Assembly (NCBI GenBank): GCA_963718525.1
Contig: OY970355.1
Coordinates: forward strand, 1,152,001 to 1,216,000
DNA from: Candidatus Dormiibacterota bacterium
Lineage (GTDB): Bacteria > Chloroflexota > Dormibacteria > Aeolococcales > Aeolococcaceae
DNA: 64,000 bases
Reading direction: 5' to 3'
Shown: one piece after another, positions 37,844 through 50,500 of the stretch
Layout of the letters: each line of letters begins with the position of its first letter
How positions within the stretch are numbered: position 1 is the first letter of the stretch
Notes under the pieces: generated by a model
Databases searched by the model: none
Seen by the model: the letters and a program-made list of their open reading frames with translations, nothing else
What the model was told of the DNA's origin: nothing
Translations under genes and position numbers: made by a program

Positions 37844-39445
37844 TCAGCCAGGCACCGGCGTGGCACACGAATCTCCGGACGCCCACGACGCGTCGCCGTC
37901 GACGTACAGGAGCATACCGTGGTCATCAGCGACCAGCGTCCACCCCGGTGTCGCGGCGAGCTCGTCGGTGAGCGCGCCTTTGGTGTACAGCACCGCCGTG
38001 GTGCCGCTCGACGTCAGCAATTGCAACGCCGTCGGTGTCGTCCTGGCACCGGCGGCGATGCGCAGGTACTCGTCGAACACCGCAGTCCCGAGCGAGATCG
38101 ATTCCCCGTATTCGTACACCGATGCGTGCGGCCAGATGCGGTAGATCACGTAGCCGCCGGTCCCATATGCGGTGAACACGCGCTGGGTCGTCGGGCTTCT
38201 CGCGAGCAGCGATGTCGCGCATGCGGGATACGCGGCGGCGATCCCGTGGGGCGTGGCACTCTGTGCCACCCGCACGCCAACGACACCGACACCGAACACG
38301 CCGACCGCGATGAGCGCGATGCCCATCGCCGGCAGGTTCCTTCCCGCTCGCACCGTTTGACGCCGAGGTGCGCGCTGCGCGGCTAACGATCGCACCACTC
38401 CGGCGGTCATCGCGATCCACGGCGGGATCATCACCGCGACGCAGATCGCCGTGTTGCGAACCGACGTGAGCGCGAGTCCGGCACCGACCACCGCAAGCGC
38501 GACGTCGCGAAGCTCGAAGTTGCCTCGCAGTGACCGGCGAGCGAGGACCGTGATCGTGAGCGCGGCAAAGGTGACCAGCAGCGCAAGCAGCACCCACATC
38601 GCCGGGTCGGCGAAGTTCGGAGACTGCCACTCGATGATGCCCTTCTGACGCTCCGCCGCCCCCGTGGTGGCGGCGAACAGGAAGAGTTTCGGCCCGTACG
38701 GGTTGACGCATGCTGCGAGCACCGAGACACCGACGGCGCTGGCGAGGCCGGTGATGCGCCGCCGGGGAGCGACCGCGCCGATCGACCAGCGACGCTTGAC
38801 CGCCTCGACCACGACGACGATCACCAGGAAGCCGATTCCCGCGATGAACCCGGCGTGCAGGTTCGCCCAGAGGAGGAACAGCGGCGGCAGCAACCAACGC
38901 CGCCGCCCGCCAACCCGCAGGTACGATTCGGCGATCAGCAGCGTCCAGCAGACAAACGCGAACGTGAAGACCTGGGGACGGGTGCCGAGCACAGGTTCTG
39001 CGACACGAGCCCCGAGCGCGACCCCGATGGCGAGAACCACCGGCCCGGCGCCGCGCAACCGGCCTCGCAGCACGGTGGCGATCATGGCGCTCCAGGCAAC
39101 GAGAGCCATCAGCACGGTCACCGCAACGAGCCCGCCCACAGCGGCGAGCGCCGCGAAGATCGTCTCGGACAGCCATTCGTGCGCCACCAGCGGATTGCCG
39201 AACGCCGTGTACGCGAACAGCTCCCCGGCGGGGACCTGATGGTGGGCGATGATCCAGTCGCCGAGGCGGATGTGCCACCAGACATCCGGGTCGCTCAAGG
39301 CGTCCAGACCGACCGCGCCCGTGAGGATCAGCACTGCGCCGAGCAGCGCTCGGCGTGGATCGGACAGCCAGGCGAGCGGACCGCGGCGAACCGGGGGTGC
39401 CCCAGGCGGGAGAGGCGGCGGAGCAACTCGGGTCAGCGTTGCCAT
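37844..39445 (-). CDS. Polytopic membrane protein, GT-C glycosyltransferase-like
   Basis: DPDVWWHIRLG after the first TM, HEWLSE, RPQ, LWANLHAGF, NPYG, IIEWQSP, soluble C-terminal tail. Confidence 0.6.
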   Translation of the reverse strand: MATLTRVAPPPLPPGAPPVRRGPLAWLSDPRRALLGAVLILTGAVGLDALSDPDVWWHIRLGDWIIAHHQVPAGELFAYTAFGNPLVAHEWLSETIFAALAAVGGLVAVTVLMALVAWSAMIATVLRGRLRGAGPVVLAIGVALGARVAEPVLGTRPQVFTFAFVCWTLLIAESYLRVGGRRRWLLPPLFLLWANLHAGFIAGIGFLVIVVVVEAVKRRWSIGAVAPRRRITGLASAVGVSVLAACVNPYGPKLFLFAATTGAAERQKGIIEWQSPNFADPAMWVLLALLVTFAALTITVLARRSLRGNFELRDVALAVVGAGLALTSVRNTAICVAVMIPPWIAMTAGVVRSLAAQRAPRRQTVRAGRNLPAMGIALIAVGVFGVGVVGVRVAQSATPHGIAAAYPACATSLLARSPTTQRVFTAYGTGGYVIYRIWPHASVYEYGESISLGTAVFDEYLRIAAGARTTPTALQLLTSSGTTAVLYTKGALTDELAATPGWTLVADDHGMLLYVDGDASWASGDSCATPVPG

Positions 39446-39522
39446 GCGAGCGCAGCGTAGGTGTCGCGCGCTCGCGTACACCGATCGCGGCCGGCTGGCG
39501 ACAGATTCGTATACTCCACGCG

Positions 39523-40032
39523 ATGTCCACCGAGACGCGGTCTCCCAAGCGCCGGCAGACGTCGGCGAGCACGAGCACGCGTCACGCGCCCGCCCCGGCT
39601 GCGAGTTACTCAGGTCATACGATCTCGTGGCGCCACTGCCTGCTCGGGCTGCTTGTCGGAGAGATCGCCCTGCTGGTGCTCAGCAACCTCGAACTCATCG
39701 CCACCAATGCGGCGTTCGGCTCCTCGGGCAGCATCGATGGTGGCGTGGTCGGCGTTTCGACGCTCCTTGCGGTCATCGCCGGCGGCTGGCTCGCGGCGAA
39801 GCTGGCCGGCCGTGCCGGTCTGTATCAGGGGATCGTGGTCGCGATCGGCTTCATTGCCGTCGGCGCGATCTACACCTTCTTCCAGGAGTCGTCGATCATC
39901 GCGTCATCGCTCGCGACCAACAGCCATCACCTGATCGATCTCGGGCCGATGGACCTGGGCAACCTGTTCAGCGGCGATCTGCTCGCGCTGTTCGGCGGCT
40001 CGGTGGGCGGCCTTCTGTCAGGAAAACGATAG
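39523..40032 (+). CDS. Hypothetical membrane protein (about 4 TM)
   Basis: Gly-rich hydrophobic helices; TATACT 7 nt before the ATG. Confidence 0.7.
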   Translation: MSTETRSPKRRQTSASTSTRHAPAPAASYSGHTISWRHCLLGLLVGEIALLVLSNLELIATNAAFGSSGSIDGGVVGVSTLLAVIAGGWLAAKLAGRAGLYQGIVVAIGFIAVGAIYTFFQESSIIASSLATNSHHLIDLGPMDLGNLFSGDLLALFGGSVGGLLSGKR

Positions 40033-40076
40033 ATCACACGCCCCGCACACCGTGGCCGCATCAGACAGGCCCCGGG

Positions 40077-40376
40077 TCAGACTCCTACGGCTCCCGCCTG
40101 CGCAGGCTGACCCGAAATCGGGACCTCGCGATAGGACTGGCCGATGAGATCAACCCGGCCCAGCGATTGGGCGAACTCGAGGCACGCGGCGCGCGTGAAT
40201 CGGAGGTGCTTTCCGGGCGTATGCCAGGCGCGCAAATGACCCTGAGCGACGGCGCGACGTAGCGTCGAACGGGACACACCGCAGAGTGCCGCCGCTTCGC
40301 CAGTTGTGAGGATCTCTTCCTCGCGCTCTGCCAATTCCTCCTCCTCCAGACCGTCAGCGTAGAGAGACCCGGACAC
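40077..40376 (-). CDS. Excisionase/BldC-like helix-turn-helix (HTH_17) protein
   Basis: LTTGEAAALCGVSRSTLRRAVAQGHLRAWHTPGKHLRF; start uncertain. Confidence 0.75.
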   Translation of the reverse strand: MSGSLYADGLEEEELAEREEEILTTGEAAALCGVSRSTLRRAVAQGHLRAWHTPGKHLRFTRAACLEFAQSLGRVDLIGQSYREVPISGQPAQAGAVGV

Positions 40377-40522
40377 GGATCCCAAGGTGCAGTTATACAA
40401 CGCTTTGGATGCGACGTGTGGGTCATCCCGTTGAGTGATGCTGGGACCGTAGCGACCGAACGTATACTCCAGGCGAGGCTACCTGATGCACCAGCCCGGT
40501 TGAGAAGGCGCGAGGATCACCA

Positions 40523-41479
40523 ATGAACGTCGATGTCCAGGCAATGGCTCGGCGTCTGCAGGAGAGCCTGGGAACGGTCATCGTTGGGAAGGAAGCGGAG
40601 ATCGAACTCTGCATCGTCGGGCTTCTGTGCCGCGGTCACCTTCTCATCGAGGACGTCCCGGGCACCGGCAAGACGCTCCTCGCCAAAGCTCTCGCCCGCA
40701 GCAGCGGGTGCAGCTTCGAGCGGGTCCAATTCACGCCCGACCTGCTCCCGGGCGACGTGACCGGCGTCAGCGTCTACAACCCTCAGGCGCAGACCTTCGA
40801 ATTCCGGAAAGGGCCGATCTTCGCCCAGGTCCTGCTCGCGGACGAGATCAATAGAGCCACGCCGAAAACCCAATCGGCGCTGCTCGAGGCAATGGAGGAG
40901 TGGCAGGTGACCGTGGATGGCACCAGCCATCCGTTGCCGGACCCGTTCATGGTGCTGGCGACCCAGAACCCGATCGAACTGGGCGGCACCTTCCCGCTCC
41001 CGGAGGCGCAGGTCGACCGATTCCTGCTCAAGCTGCGCCTCGGTTACCTGCCTGCAGATGAGGAGGTGGCGATGCTCGACCGCTTCCAATCGGGAAGCCC
41101 CCTCGGGTCGCTCGAGCCGGTCACCGACGCGGCGGAGATCAAGGCCGCCCAGGCGGTCTGCAGGGACATCTACTGCGACGCGTCGCTCAAGGAATACTGC
41201 GTGCGCATCGTCCGGCGGACCCGCGACCATCGCGACGTGTCGCTCGGATCGTCGCCACGTGGCACGCTGGGGTTGCTCCACGCTGGACAGGCTCGAGCTG
41301 CGCTCGCCGGACGTGACTTCGTGCTGCCGGACGACATCAAGGACATCGCCGCGAACGTGCTCGAACACCGGGTCATGCTCCGTCCGAATGCGGAGCTGCG
41401 GGGCCTCACCGCCTCAGCCGTGCTCGAGGAGGTGCTGGCGACGGAGTCGGTGCCGATGACGGGCCGGCGTCTGGCGTGA
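40523..41479 (+). CDS. moxR: MoxR family AAA+ ATPase
   Basis: HLLIEDVPGTGKT, RVQFTPDLLP, DEINRATPKTQSALLE, ATQNP, LPEAQVDRF, SPRG. Confidence 0.93.
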   Translation: MNVDVQAMARRLQESLGTVIVGKEAEIELCIVGLLCRGHLLIEDVPGTGKTLLAKALARSSGCSFERVQFTPDLLPGDVTGVSVYNPQAQTFEFRKGPIFAQVLLADEINRATPKTQSALLEAMEEWQVTVDGTSHPLPDPFMVLATQNPIELGGTFPLPEAQVDRFLLKLRLGYLPADEEVAMLDRFQSGSPLGSLEPVTDAAEIKAAQAVCRDIYCDASLKEYCVRIVRRTRDHRDVSLGSSPRGTLGLLHAGQARAALAGRDFVLPDDIKDIAANVLEHRVMLRPNAELRGLTASAVLEEVLATESVPMTGRRLA

Positions 41480-41510
41480 CCGGCATCGCGGCGTGCGCCC
41501 GGAGCGCGCC

Positions 41511-42704
41511 GTGAACGCGCGCGTGCCGCTGATCGCCTGTGTGGCGGTGCTCGCGTTCTTTGCCGGGATCACCGGCGTCCGTCTTGCGTACACGTTGGCG
41601 TATGTGCTCGTTCTGCTCCTCGCCGTCGCCTATATCTGGTCGCGGCTGCTGGCGCGCAAGCTCCGCGTCATCCGGGAGTCGCCGCAGGGATCGTTCATGA
41701 TGGGCGAGCCGTTCGAGGAGACCTTCACCGTCAAGAACGAGAGCGGCCTGCGGCTTCCCTACTGCGAGGTGCGTGACGGCACCAAGCTTCCCGGCTACGC
41801 GCCGGGAAGGGCGTTCGCGCTCGCTGCCGGGGGCAGCGTCACCTGGACTGCGCGGGGAATGTTCAACCTACGCGGCGTTCACCGTTTCGGCCCGCTCGAA
41901 GCGCGGCTTGGCGATCCCTTTGGTTTGTTCCCGCGGCGCATTCGCGTGGCTCCGGAGAATGAGGTCATCGTCTATCCGGCGATTCACGCGCTGCTGCACA
42001 ACGTGCCGCAGTGGAGCGGCAACGGTGTCGCCGAGGCGCATCGAGGCCAGCCGGTGGACGTGCCGCCGGACGTGTCCACCATCCGCGATTACGCTCCCAC
42101 CGACGGCCTGAGCAGGATCCACTGGGCGTCGACGGCGCGGACCGGCCGGTTGATCAGCCGCACATTCGACACGGGGCAGAGCGCCGACCTGCTCATCGTC
42201 CTCGACCTGCAGCGCGGGATTCATGCGGGTTCGGGCATCGAGTCGTCCGTCGAGTACGCGATCTCCGCGTGTGCCTCGGTGGTGCACGGTGCGATCCGGC
42301 GTGGCCAGGCGGTCGGGCTCGTCACCAACTCACGCGGTGGCACCAGCTTTGGAGCCGGCCGTGGTGAGGTACAGCGGCTGCGCCTCCTCGACTTTCTCGC
42401 ACTCGCGACCGACGACGGTGTCCGCGGCCTCGATGAAACCATCAAACGGCATGGCGATGGCTGGCGCGGGCGGGGCGGCATGGTCGTGATCACACCCAAC
42501 CGTTCGAGCGACTGGGTCGAAGCGCTGGTAGACAGCGCGACCCGCGGCCAGCGCCACCTCTGCATCTTCATCGAGCCGACGTCGTTCGGGGCAAAGGGAC
42601 AGGCGTTGCGCATCCCCGCTGCCTGGCGCCTCGCCCTCGACTGGTGGGTGATCCGTCGCGGTGACGTGCTCGGATCGGGCGAGCGCACCTCGGCCACCGG
42701 CTGA
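41511..42704 (+). CDS. DUF58 domain protein
   Basis: DPFGLF, VYP, IRDYAPTDGLSRIHWASTARTG, IVLD. Confidence 0.88.
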   Translation: MNARVPLIACVAVLAFFAGITGVRLAYTLAYVLVLLLAVAYIWSRLLARKLRVIRESPQGSFMMGEPFEETFTVKNESGLRLPYCEVRDGTKLPGYAPGRAFALAAGGSVTWTARGMFNLRGVHRFGPLEARLGDPFGLFPRRIRVAPENEVIVYPAIHALLHNVPQWSGNGVAEAHRGQPVDVPPDVSTIRDYAPTDGLSRIHWASTARTGRLISRTFDTGQSADLLIVLDLQRGIHAGSGIESSVEYAISACASVVHGAIRRGQAVGLVTNSRGGTSFGAGRGEVQRLRLLDFLALATDDGVRGLDETIKRHGDGWRGRGGMVVITPNRSSDWVEALVDSATRGQRHLCIFIEPTSFGAKGQALRIPAAWRLALDWWVIRRGDVLGSGERTSATG

Positions 42705-42708
42705 CCGC

Positions 42709-45021
42709 ATGGACGCCTACGTCGACCGCACCATCCAACTTCGCGAGAGCGCACGCGAACGAGCCCCCGGCAGGAATTACAGCTTCGAGATTGCGGCAGT
42801 CCTCTGCGTCGCATTGATCGCCGCGACTGCGTGGGCGGTGCTCGCCGCGAACTGGGTCCATGGTGGGGGCGGCTCGATCGTGGTTGCGGTCACAGCGGTG
42901 ATCGAGGCGGCCCTGCTCGCGCAGGCCCGAGCCCCGCGCATCGCTGCGGCGATAGCCGCGCCGTTCCTCGGGCTCGCCGCGATCGTGCCCACGACGCTGG
43001 CGGCGATGCCCGCGGTCCCGGGCCAGACCGTCGGTGCCATCGCTGGGCACTACCTGCAGGCGCTGTTCACCGGTCTCAGCTCGACCCAGGACTGGGACTT
43101 CACCGTCGGGTTGTGCGCGATCCTCTTTCTCTGCGGCTACTGGCTCGGTTGGATGGTGCTCCGCGAGCATCGGGGCGTGCTTGCAGTCATTCCTGTGTTC
43201 TCTGTTCTTGCCACAAATGTCGTCAACGCGCAGGACCCCGACCCGATTGCGCTGCCAGAGACAATCGCCGTCGTGCTCGCGCTCGGCGTGGTCGCGGCGG
43301 CTTACCTGGGATCGCTCGGCGACCGCTGGGCTGCTTCGCGAATCACCGCGCTCGACGGTCTCGGCTGGCGATTCGGCACCAGCGCAGCAGGCGTGGCGGT
43401 GGTGCTGACGATCGTTGCGCTCGTTCTCCCACCCGTGTCGACCACGGACATCTCCACAAAGCTGTTCCCCAAGGGTGTCGGCTTCGGCTCGAGCGGCAAG
43501 GGCGCCGGTCGCACAATCGTCGGAGGCGCTGACACCATCGGCTTCAATCCTTCGGTGACCCTGGGTGGGGCGCTGGTCAGCCACCCACAGCTCGCAATGA
43601 CGTACGTGGTCAACACCAACGCGGCCGTCTACATCAGGGTCGCGGACGACACCCTGTTCGATAGAGGAACCTGGAATCCGGAGAGCGGAGAGAACACGGA
43701 CGCGGGTTCCACCTGGAACGCGATCCAGTATCCACAGGGGCTGCTGCCCCGAGATCTCAATCCTGCCGACGGCGGCATCGGCAGCAACGAGGCGACGGTC
43801 GCGGCAACGCTCACCCTGCAGCCGAACGCGACCGGGCAGCTGCCACTCGCACCCTTCACCGGGGAGCCGGCCTCGAGCAATCTCCCCGGCATCGCATACG
43901 GCACCACCACCGCAGCCGGCACGAGCAGTCTGCTCACCGTCGACCAGGTGGTGCTCGACCAGGACATCGTTGCCGGCACCACGATCCAGACGAACGCATA
44001 CATCTCGACCGCAACCGAGGCGCAACTCCGCGCAGCGGGCATCAACTACCCGAGCTGGACCCGCCAGTTCACGGCGATGAACGACGACGCCAGCAAGGGT
44101 GTCGAGACGATTCGCACGCTTGCCCAGCAATGGACGGTCGGCGCGAGCGATCCCTACGACAAAGCGCTGGCGATCGAGCAGCAGCTGCGCAACCCCGCGC
44201 TCTTCCAGTACACGCTGAATCCGCCGCAGGATCCCAACCTCAGCGTCTGGCCGGTCGTTTACTTCCTGACCACGAGCCACAAGGGCTATTGCCAGTACTT
44301 CGCCTCAGCGATGGGGTCGATGCTCCGCAGTCTCGGGATCCCCACGAAACTCGTGAGCGGCTACGGCCCCGGGACGGCACGCGCGCAGAGCGGGCGTGCC
44401 GGCGAGCGTCAGGAAGAGGTGACCACGAGCGACGCACACAGCTGGGTCGAGGCCTACTTCCCGGGCTACGGCTGGATCCCCTTCGAGCCGACACCTCCCT
44501 CGTCTCTGGGTGACTATCAGCCGTTCCCGCGCGGCACCCAGGCGGCCACCAGCAGCACCCCGCCGCCGGTGCCGACCGCGAAGCCGGTGCCGACCGTCAA
44601 GCCCGGCAACGCTGTTGGCAGCAACCCGCAGGTGACGCCGACGGCCAAGACCCCAGGCACGGTGCCCATGACGGTGGTGATCTCACTTGCGGTGCTCGGT
44701 GGCGTTGTCGTGCTGATCGCCGCAGCACTCCTCTGGATGCTGCTCCCGCGCTCGCTGGCGGGGGCATGGCGACGGGTCGAGACGCTCGGCCTCATCGCGG
44801 GGGTGGACCGCCGAAAAGCCGAGACGCACCGGGCATTTGCGGCGCGGCTCGCCCGGGCTCGACCGCAGGCCGGGTCCGCGCTGGGCGAGCTCGCCACCGT
44901 CACCGCGCGGGCTGAGTTCAGCGAGGCCGGCGCCTCGGGACCGGAGCGGTCGCAGGCGCTGCGGACCTGGCGCAGGGCGCTGCTTCAGGCTACGTTGCGG
45001 CCGAGGCGATCTCCAGGCTGA
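42709..45021 (+). CDS. Membrane transglutaminase-like (TgpA family) protein
   Basis: Multi-TM N-terminus; GYCQYFASAM, AHSWVEAYFPGYGWIPFEPT (Cys-His-acidic triad); C-terminal TM plus DUF4129-like tail. Confidence 0.88.
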   Translation: MDAYVDRTIQLRESARERAPGRNYSFEIAAVLCVALIAATAWAVLAANWVHGGGGSIVVAVTAVIEAALLAQARAPRIAAAIAAPFLGLAAIVPTTLAAMPAVPGQTVGAIAGHYLQALFTGLSSTQDWDFTVGLCAILFLCGYWLGWMVLREHRGVLAVIPVFSVLATNVVNAQDPDPIALPETIAVVLALGVVAAAYLGSLGDRWAASRITALDGLGWRFGTSAAGVAVVLTIVALVLPPVSTTDISTKLFPKGVGFGSSGKGAGRTIVGGADTIGFNPSVTLGGALVSHPQLAMTYVVNTNAAVYIRVADDTLFDRGTWNPESGENTDAGSTWNAIQYPQGLLPRDLNPADGGIGSNEATVAATLTLQPNATGQLPLAPFTGEPASSNLPGIAYGTTTAAGTSSLLTVDQVVLDQDIVAGTTIQTNAYISTATEAQLRAAGINYPSWTRQFTAMNDDASKGVETIRTLAQQWTVGASDPYDKALAIEQQLRNPALFQYTLNPPQDPNLSVWPVVYFLTTSHKGYCQYFASAMGSMLRSLGIPTKLVSGYGPGTARAQSGRAGERQEEVTTSDAHSWVEAYFPGYGWIPFEPTPPSSLGDYQPFPRGTQAATSSTPPPVPTAKPVPTVKPGNAVGSNPQVTPTAKTPGTVPMTVVISLAVLGGVVVLIAAALLWMLLPRSLAGAWRRVETLGLIAGVDRRKAETHRAFAARLARARPQAGSALGELATVTARAEFSEAGASGPERSQALRTWRRALLQATLRPRRSPG

Positions 45022-45724
45022 GCATGTCGTGAGCGATGAGCGCGCCCTCGAGGTGGCGACGTTCGCTCAGGTGGCTGAGGAGAAAGCGCGTGTCCGGGTT
45101 CTCGGCCATCAGGCTCGCGACCTCGTCACGCCAGAGGTGACCACCCGCGGCCGGGCCGTCCCATCCCGTGCACTCGCAGACGTAGAGGTCGCATCCTGCG
45201 ATCGATCGACGGAGCCCGGCGCACAGCTCGCTGTCGCCTGAGAAGCCGACCGAGGCGCTGCCCGCGGTGATCCGGTACGCGAGCGACGGGCCGGTGCTGT
45301 GCACGACCGCATGGCTCTGCACCCGGTAACCCGCAACCTCGACGTCGCTGCCGTCCTGCAGCACCAGATATTCCGGGGCGACATTGGTGTCGACCTCGCG
45401 GCGGACGTGCGAGCCGTACCCATCGCCGAGCAGGCGCGCCACGTACTCCCTGGTCCCGACGGGTCCGCCGATGACGAGCGTGCCGGGAGGCGCCGTGTCG
45501 GCGAGGGCGCGCGCGCCGAGCAGGGTCGGCAGCGAGAAGCTGTGATCCGCGTGGAAATGCGTCAGCAGCACCAGGCTGATCGCGTGGATTGACGCCCCGG
45601 CGCGGCGAACCAGGGCTGGGACCGGCGCGCCACAGTCGACCAGTACGCGTCGATCGACGAGATACCCTGCATTGCAGCCACAGCCGCTGAAGGCGCTCCC
45701 ACTGCCGAGGACGGTGACATGCAC
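44990..45724 (-). CDS. MBL-fold metallo-hydrolase (RNase Z/BN-like)
   Basis: VLGSGSA, LVDCG, THFHADH, FSGDS, CECT, GHL, LSHL; GTG start at 45724. Confidence 0.8.
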   Translation of the reverse strand: MHVTVLGSGSAFSGCGCNAGYLVDRRVLVDCGAPVPALVRRAGASIHAISLVLLTHFHADHSFSLPTLLGARALADTAPPGTLVIGGPVGTREYVARLLGDGYGSHVRREVDTNVAPEYLVLQDGSDVEVAGYRVQSHAVVHSTGPSLAYRITAGSASVGFSGDSELCAGLRRSIAGCDLYVCECTGWDGPAAGGHLWRDEVASLMAENPDTRFLLSHLSERRHLEGALIAHDMLSLEIASAAT

Positions 45725-45767
45725 AGGCGGAAGATTAGACGGCGAAGCGCATGGGTAGAAAATCACC

Positions 45768-48407
<2,640 letters not shown>

Positions 48408-49308
48408 CGGCCGTCGCGCCCCGAGCCGGCGCGGCCCTCGCGGCGAGCACCGAGCCGCAGAGGATCAGCACGAACCCGACGGCGATGGCGCCGGTGAGCC
48501 GTTCGTGCAGCAGGAGGACACCGAGCGTCACCGCAACCGCGGGGTTCACATACGTGATCACGGTTGACCGAACCGGACCAATCTCGCGGATGAGTGCGAA
48601 GAAGAGCAGAAAGGCGAGTGCCGTGCAGACGACGCCGAGCGTGATCACCGCGGCGATCGCCTGGCCCGACGGCCACGCGTGCGGGGCCTGGATGATCGCC
48701 GCCGGCGCATAGGCGATCGCGGCGAGCAGCAGCGAGCTCGCGATCACCCCGAGCGCGGGAAGGTCACTCAGCTTCCTGCTGATGATGTACGGACCGACGG
48801 CGTAGCAGATCGCGACCACGAGCACCTCGGCGATGGCGCCGAACGTGGACGAGGACACATCGAAGCCGACGAGCACGCCCACCCCCACCAGCCCGATGCA
48901 GAGGCCCAGGATCCGGCGCCAACCGTGCCGCTCTCCGCTGCGGGTCAGCAGGCCGATGCCGACGCCGATGAGCGGCACGGTCGACACCAGGAGGCCTGAC
49001 AGCGAACTCGAGATGCGCAGCTCGGCATCGGAGAGGAGCACCCACGGGATCCCCATCTCGATGACGGTGTAGGCGGCGATCCAACCCCAACGTCCGAGGA
49101 GGGGACGGACCTTGACGCAACTCAACGCGATCGGGACGAGCAGCAGGGCGCCGAGCGCGAGCCGGATGAACACGAGGTCCACCGGCCCAAGGCCCTCGAG
49201 CGCAACCTTGATCAGCAGATAGGGGATGCCCCAGATCACGCACATGGCAATGAAGAGCGCCAGCCCGCGTCTGCTCACCGCGAGATCTTCTACGCTGTGC
49301 GGCTCCAC

Positions 49309-50031
49309 ATGCCACAACCCGTCTCGAACCGCGCCCCGAGCCCTCTGCTGCTCACGATCTCATCGCTCTTCGTGGCGACGCTCGTCGCGTCCAACATCCT
49401 CGCTGTCAAGATCGCCAGCGTCGGACCGTTCTCCGTGCCGGCGGCGATCGTGATCTTCCCGCTCGCGTATCTCTTCGGGGATGTGCTCACCGAGGTGTGG
49501 GGATACCGGGTCGCGCGCATGGTGATATGGACGGGGTTCCTCGCCAACATCATCGTGGTGCTCTTCATCGCCGCAGCGATCGCCATCCCCGCGGATCCGC
49601 ATTACACCGACCAAGCCGCGTACGCGCGCCTACTCGGCGAGAGCCCGCGCCTCGTCGCGGCGTCGCTCACCGCCTACCTGCTCGGCGAGTTTCTCAACGC
49701 CTTCGTCCTGGCTCGGTTGAAGATCGCGACCAGGGGCCGCTTCCTCTGGACACGAACCATCGGCTCAACTGTCATTGGTCAGGGAGTGGACAGCGCCGTG
49801 TTCATCTCACTGGCGTTTGCGGGAATCCAGCCATGGTCGGTGCTGCTCATCATCATTCGCGATGTCTGGGTCGTGAAGGTGCTCTACGAGGTGATCGCGA
49901 CGCCGTTCACGTACGCGCTCGTCACCACGCTCAAACGCATCGAGGGAGTGGATACCTACGACCGTGAGACGAAGTTCGCACCCATCCCGCTCGCCGCGCT
50001 GCGCGCGCGTGTGCGCGGCGCACAGCCATGA
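49309..50031 (+). CDS. yhhQ: Queuosine precursor transporter (Vut_1/YhhQ)
   Basis: SNILAVK, FPLAYLFGDVLTEVWG, ASLTAYL, RTIGSTVIGQGVDS; coupled to queF. Confidence 0.9.
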   Translation: MPQPVSNRAPSPLLLTISSLFVATLVASNILAVKIASVGPFSVPAAIVIFPLAYLFGDVLTEVWGYRVARMVIWTGFLANIIVVLFIAAAIAIPADPHYTDQAAYARLLGESPRLVAASLTAYLLGEFLNAFVLARLKIATRGRFLWTRTIGSTVIGQGVDSAVFISLAFAGIQPWSVLLIIIRDVWVVKVLYEVIATPFTYALVTTLKRIEGVDTYDRETKFAPIPLAALRARVRGAQP

Positions 50032-50480
50032 GCGAGGAGCTGTATGGGGCGCGCGCGATCCGAGAGGCGAAACTCGAGGCATTCGACAACCGCACCCCGG
50101 ATCGCGACTACACCGTCCAGTTCACCGTTCCGGAGTTCACGTGTCTCTGCCCCATTTCAGGGTTCCCCGACTTCGCAACCCTGCACATCCGCTACGTCCC
50201 GGGTCCCCGCTGCGTGGAACTGAAATCGCTGAAGCTGTACATCAACGGCTACCGCAACCAGCACGTCTACCACGAGGACGTCGTCAACATCGTCCTGAAT
50301 GACCTCGTCGGCCTGCTCCACCCCCGCTACTGCGAAGTCGTCGGAGACTTCAACGTCCGCGGCAACATCAAAACCATCGTTCGAGCCAGCCACCGCGAGG
50401 AATCGTGGAACGGCAATGTCAACTCGTGGTGGCCGCCGTCGGCGATGCCGACTCTCACCGAACCGAGCGACCGGCCGTAG
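50028..50480 (+). CDS. queF: NADPH-dependent preQ0 reductase (unimodular QueF)
   Basis: PEFTCLCPISGFPDFA, VELKSLKLY, YHE, FNVRGNI. Confidence 0.93.
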   Translation: MSEELYGARAIREAKLEAFDNRTPDRDYTVQFTVPEFTCLCPISGFPDFATLHIRYVPGPRCVELKSLKLYINGYRNQHVYHEDVVNIVLNDLVGLLHPRYCEVVGDFNVRGNIKTIVRASHREESWNGNVNSWWPPSAMPTLTEPSDRP

Positions 50481-50500
50481 AGCGCGCCCGGCCCCGCGCA

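Noticed and set aside
40077-40400. Prophage or ICE excisionase
   Set aside because: No integrase or phage genes nearby; better explained as a stand-alone regulator.
45725-45767. CIRCE or HAIR operator before clpB
   Set aside because: No matching inverted repeat in the 43-bp intergenic region.
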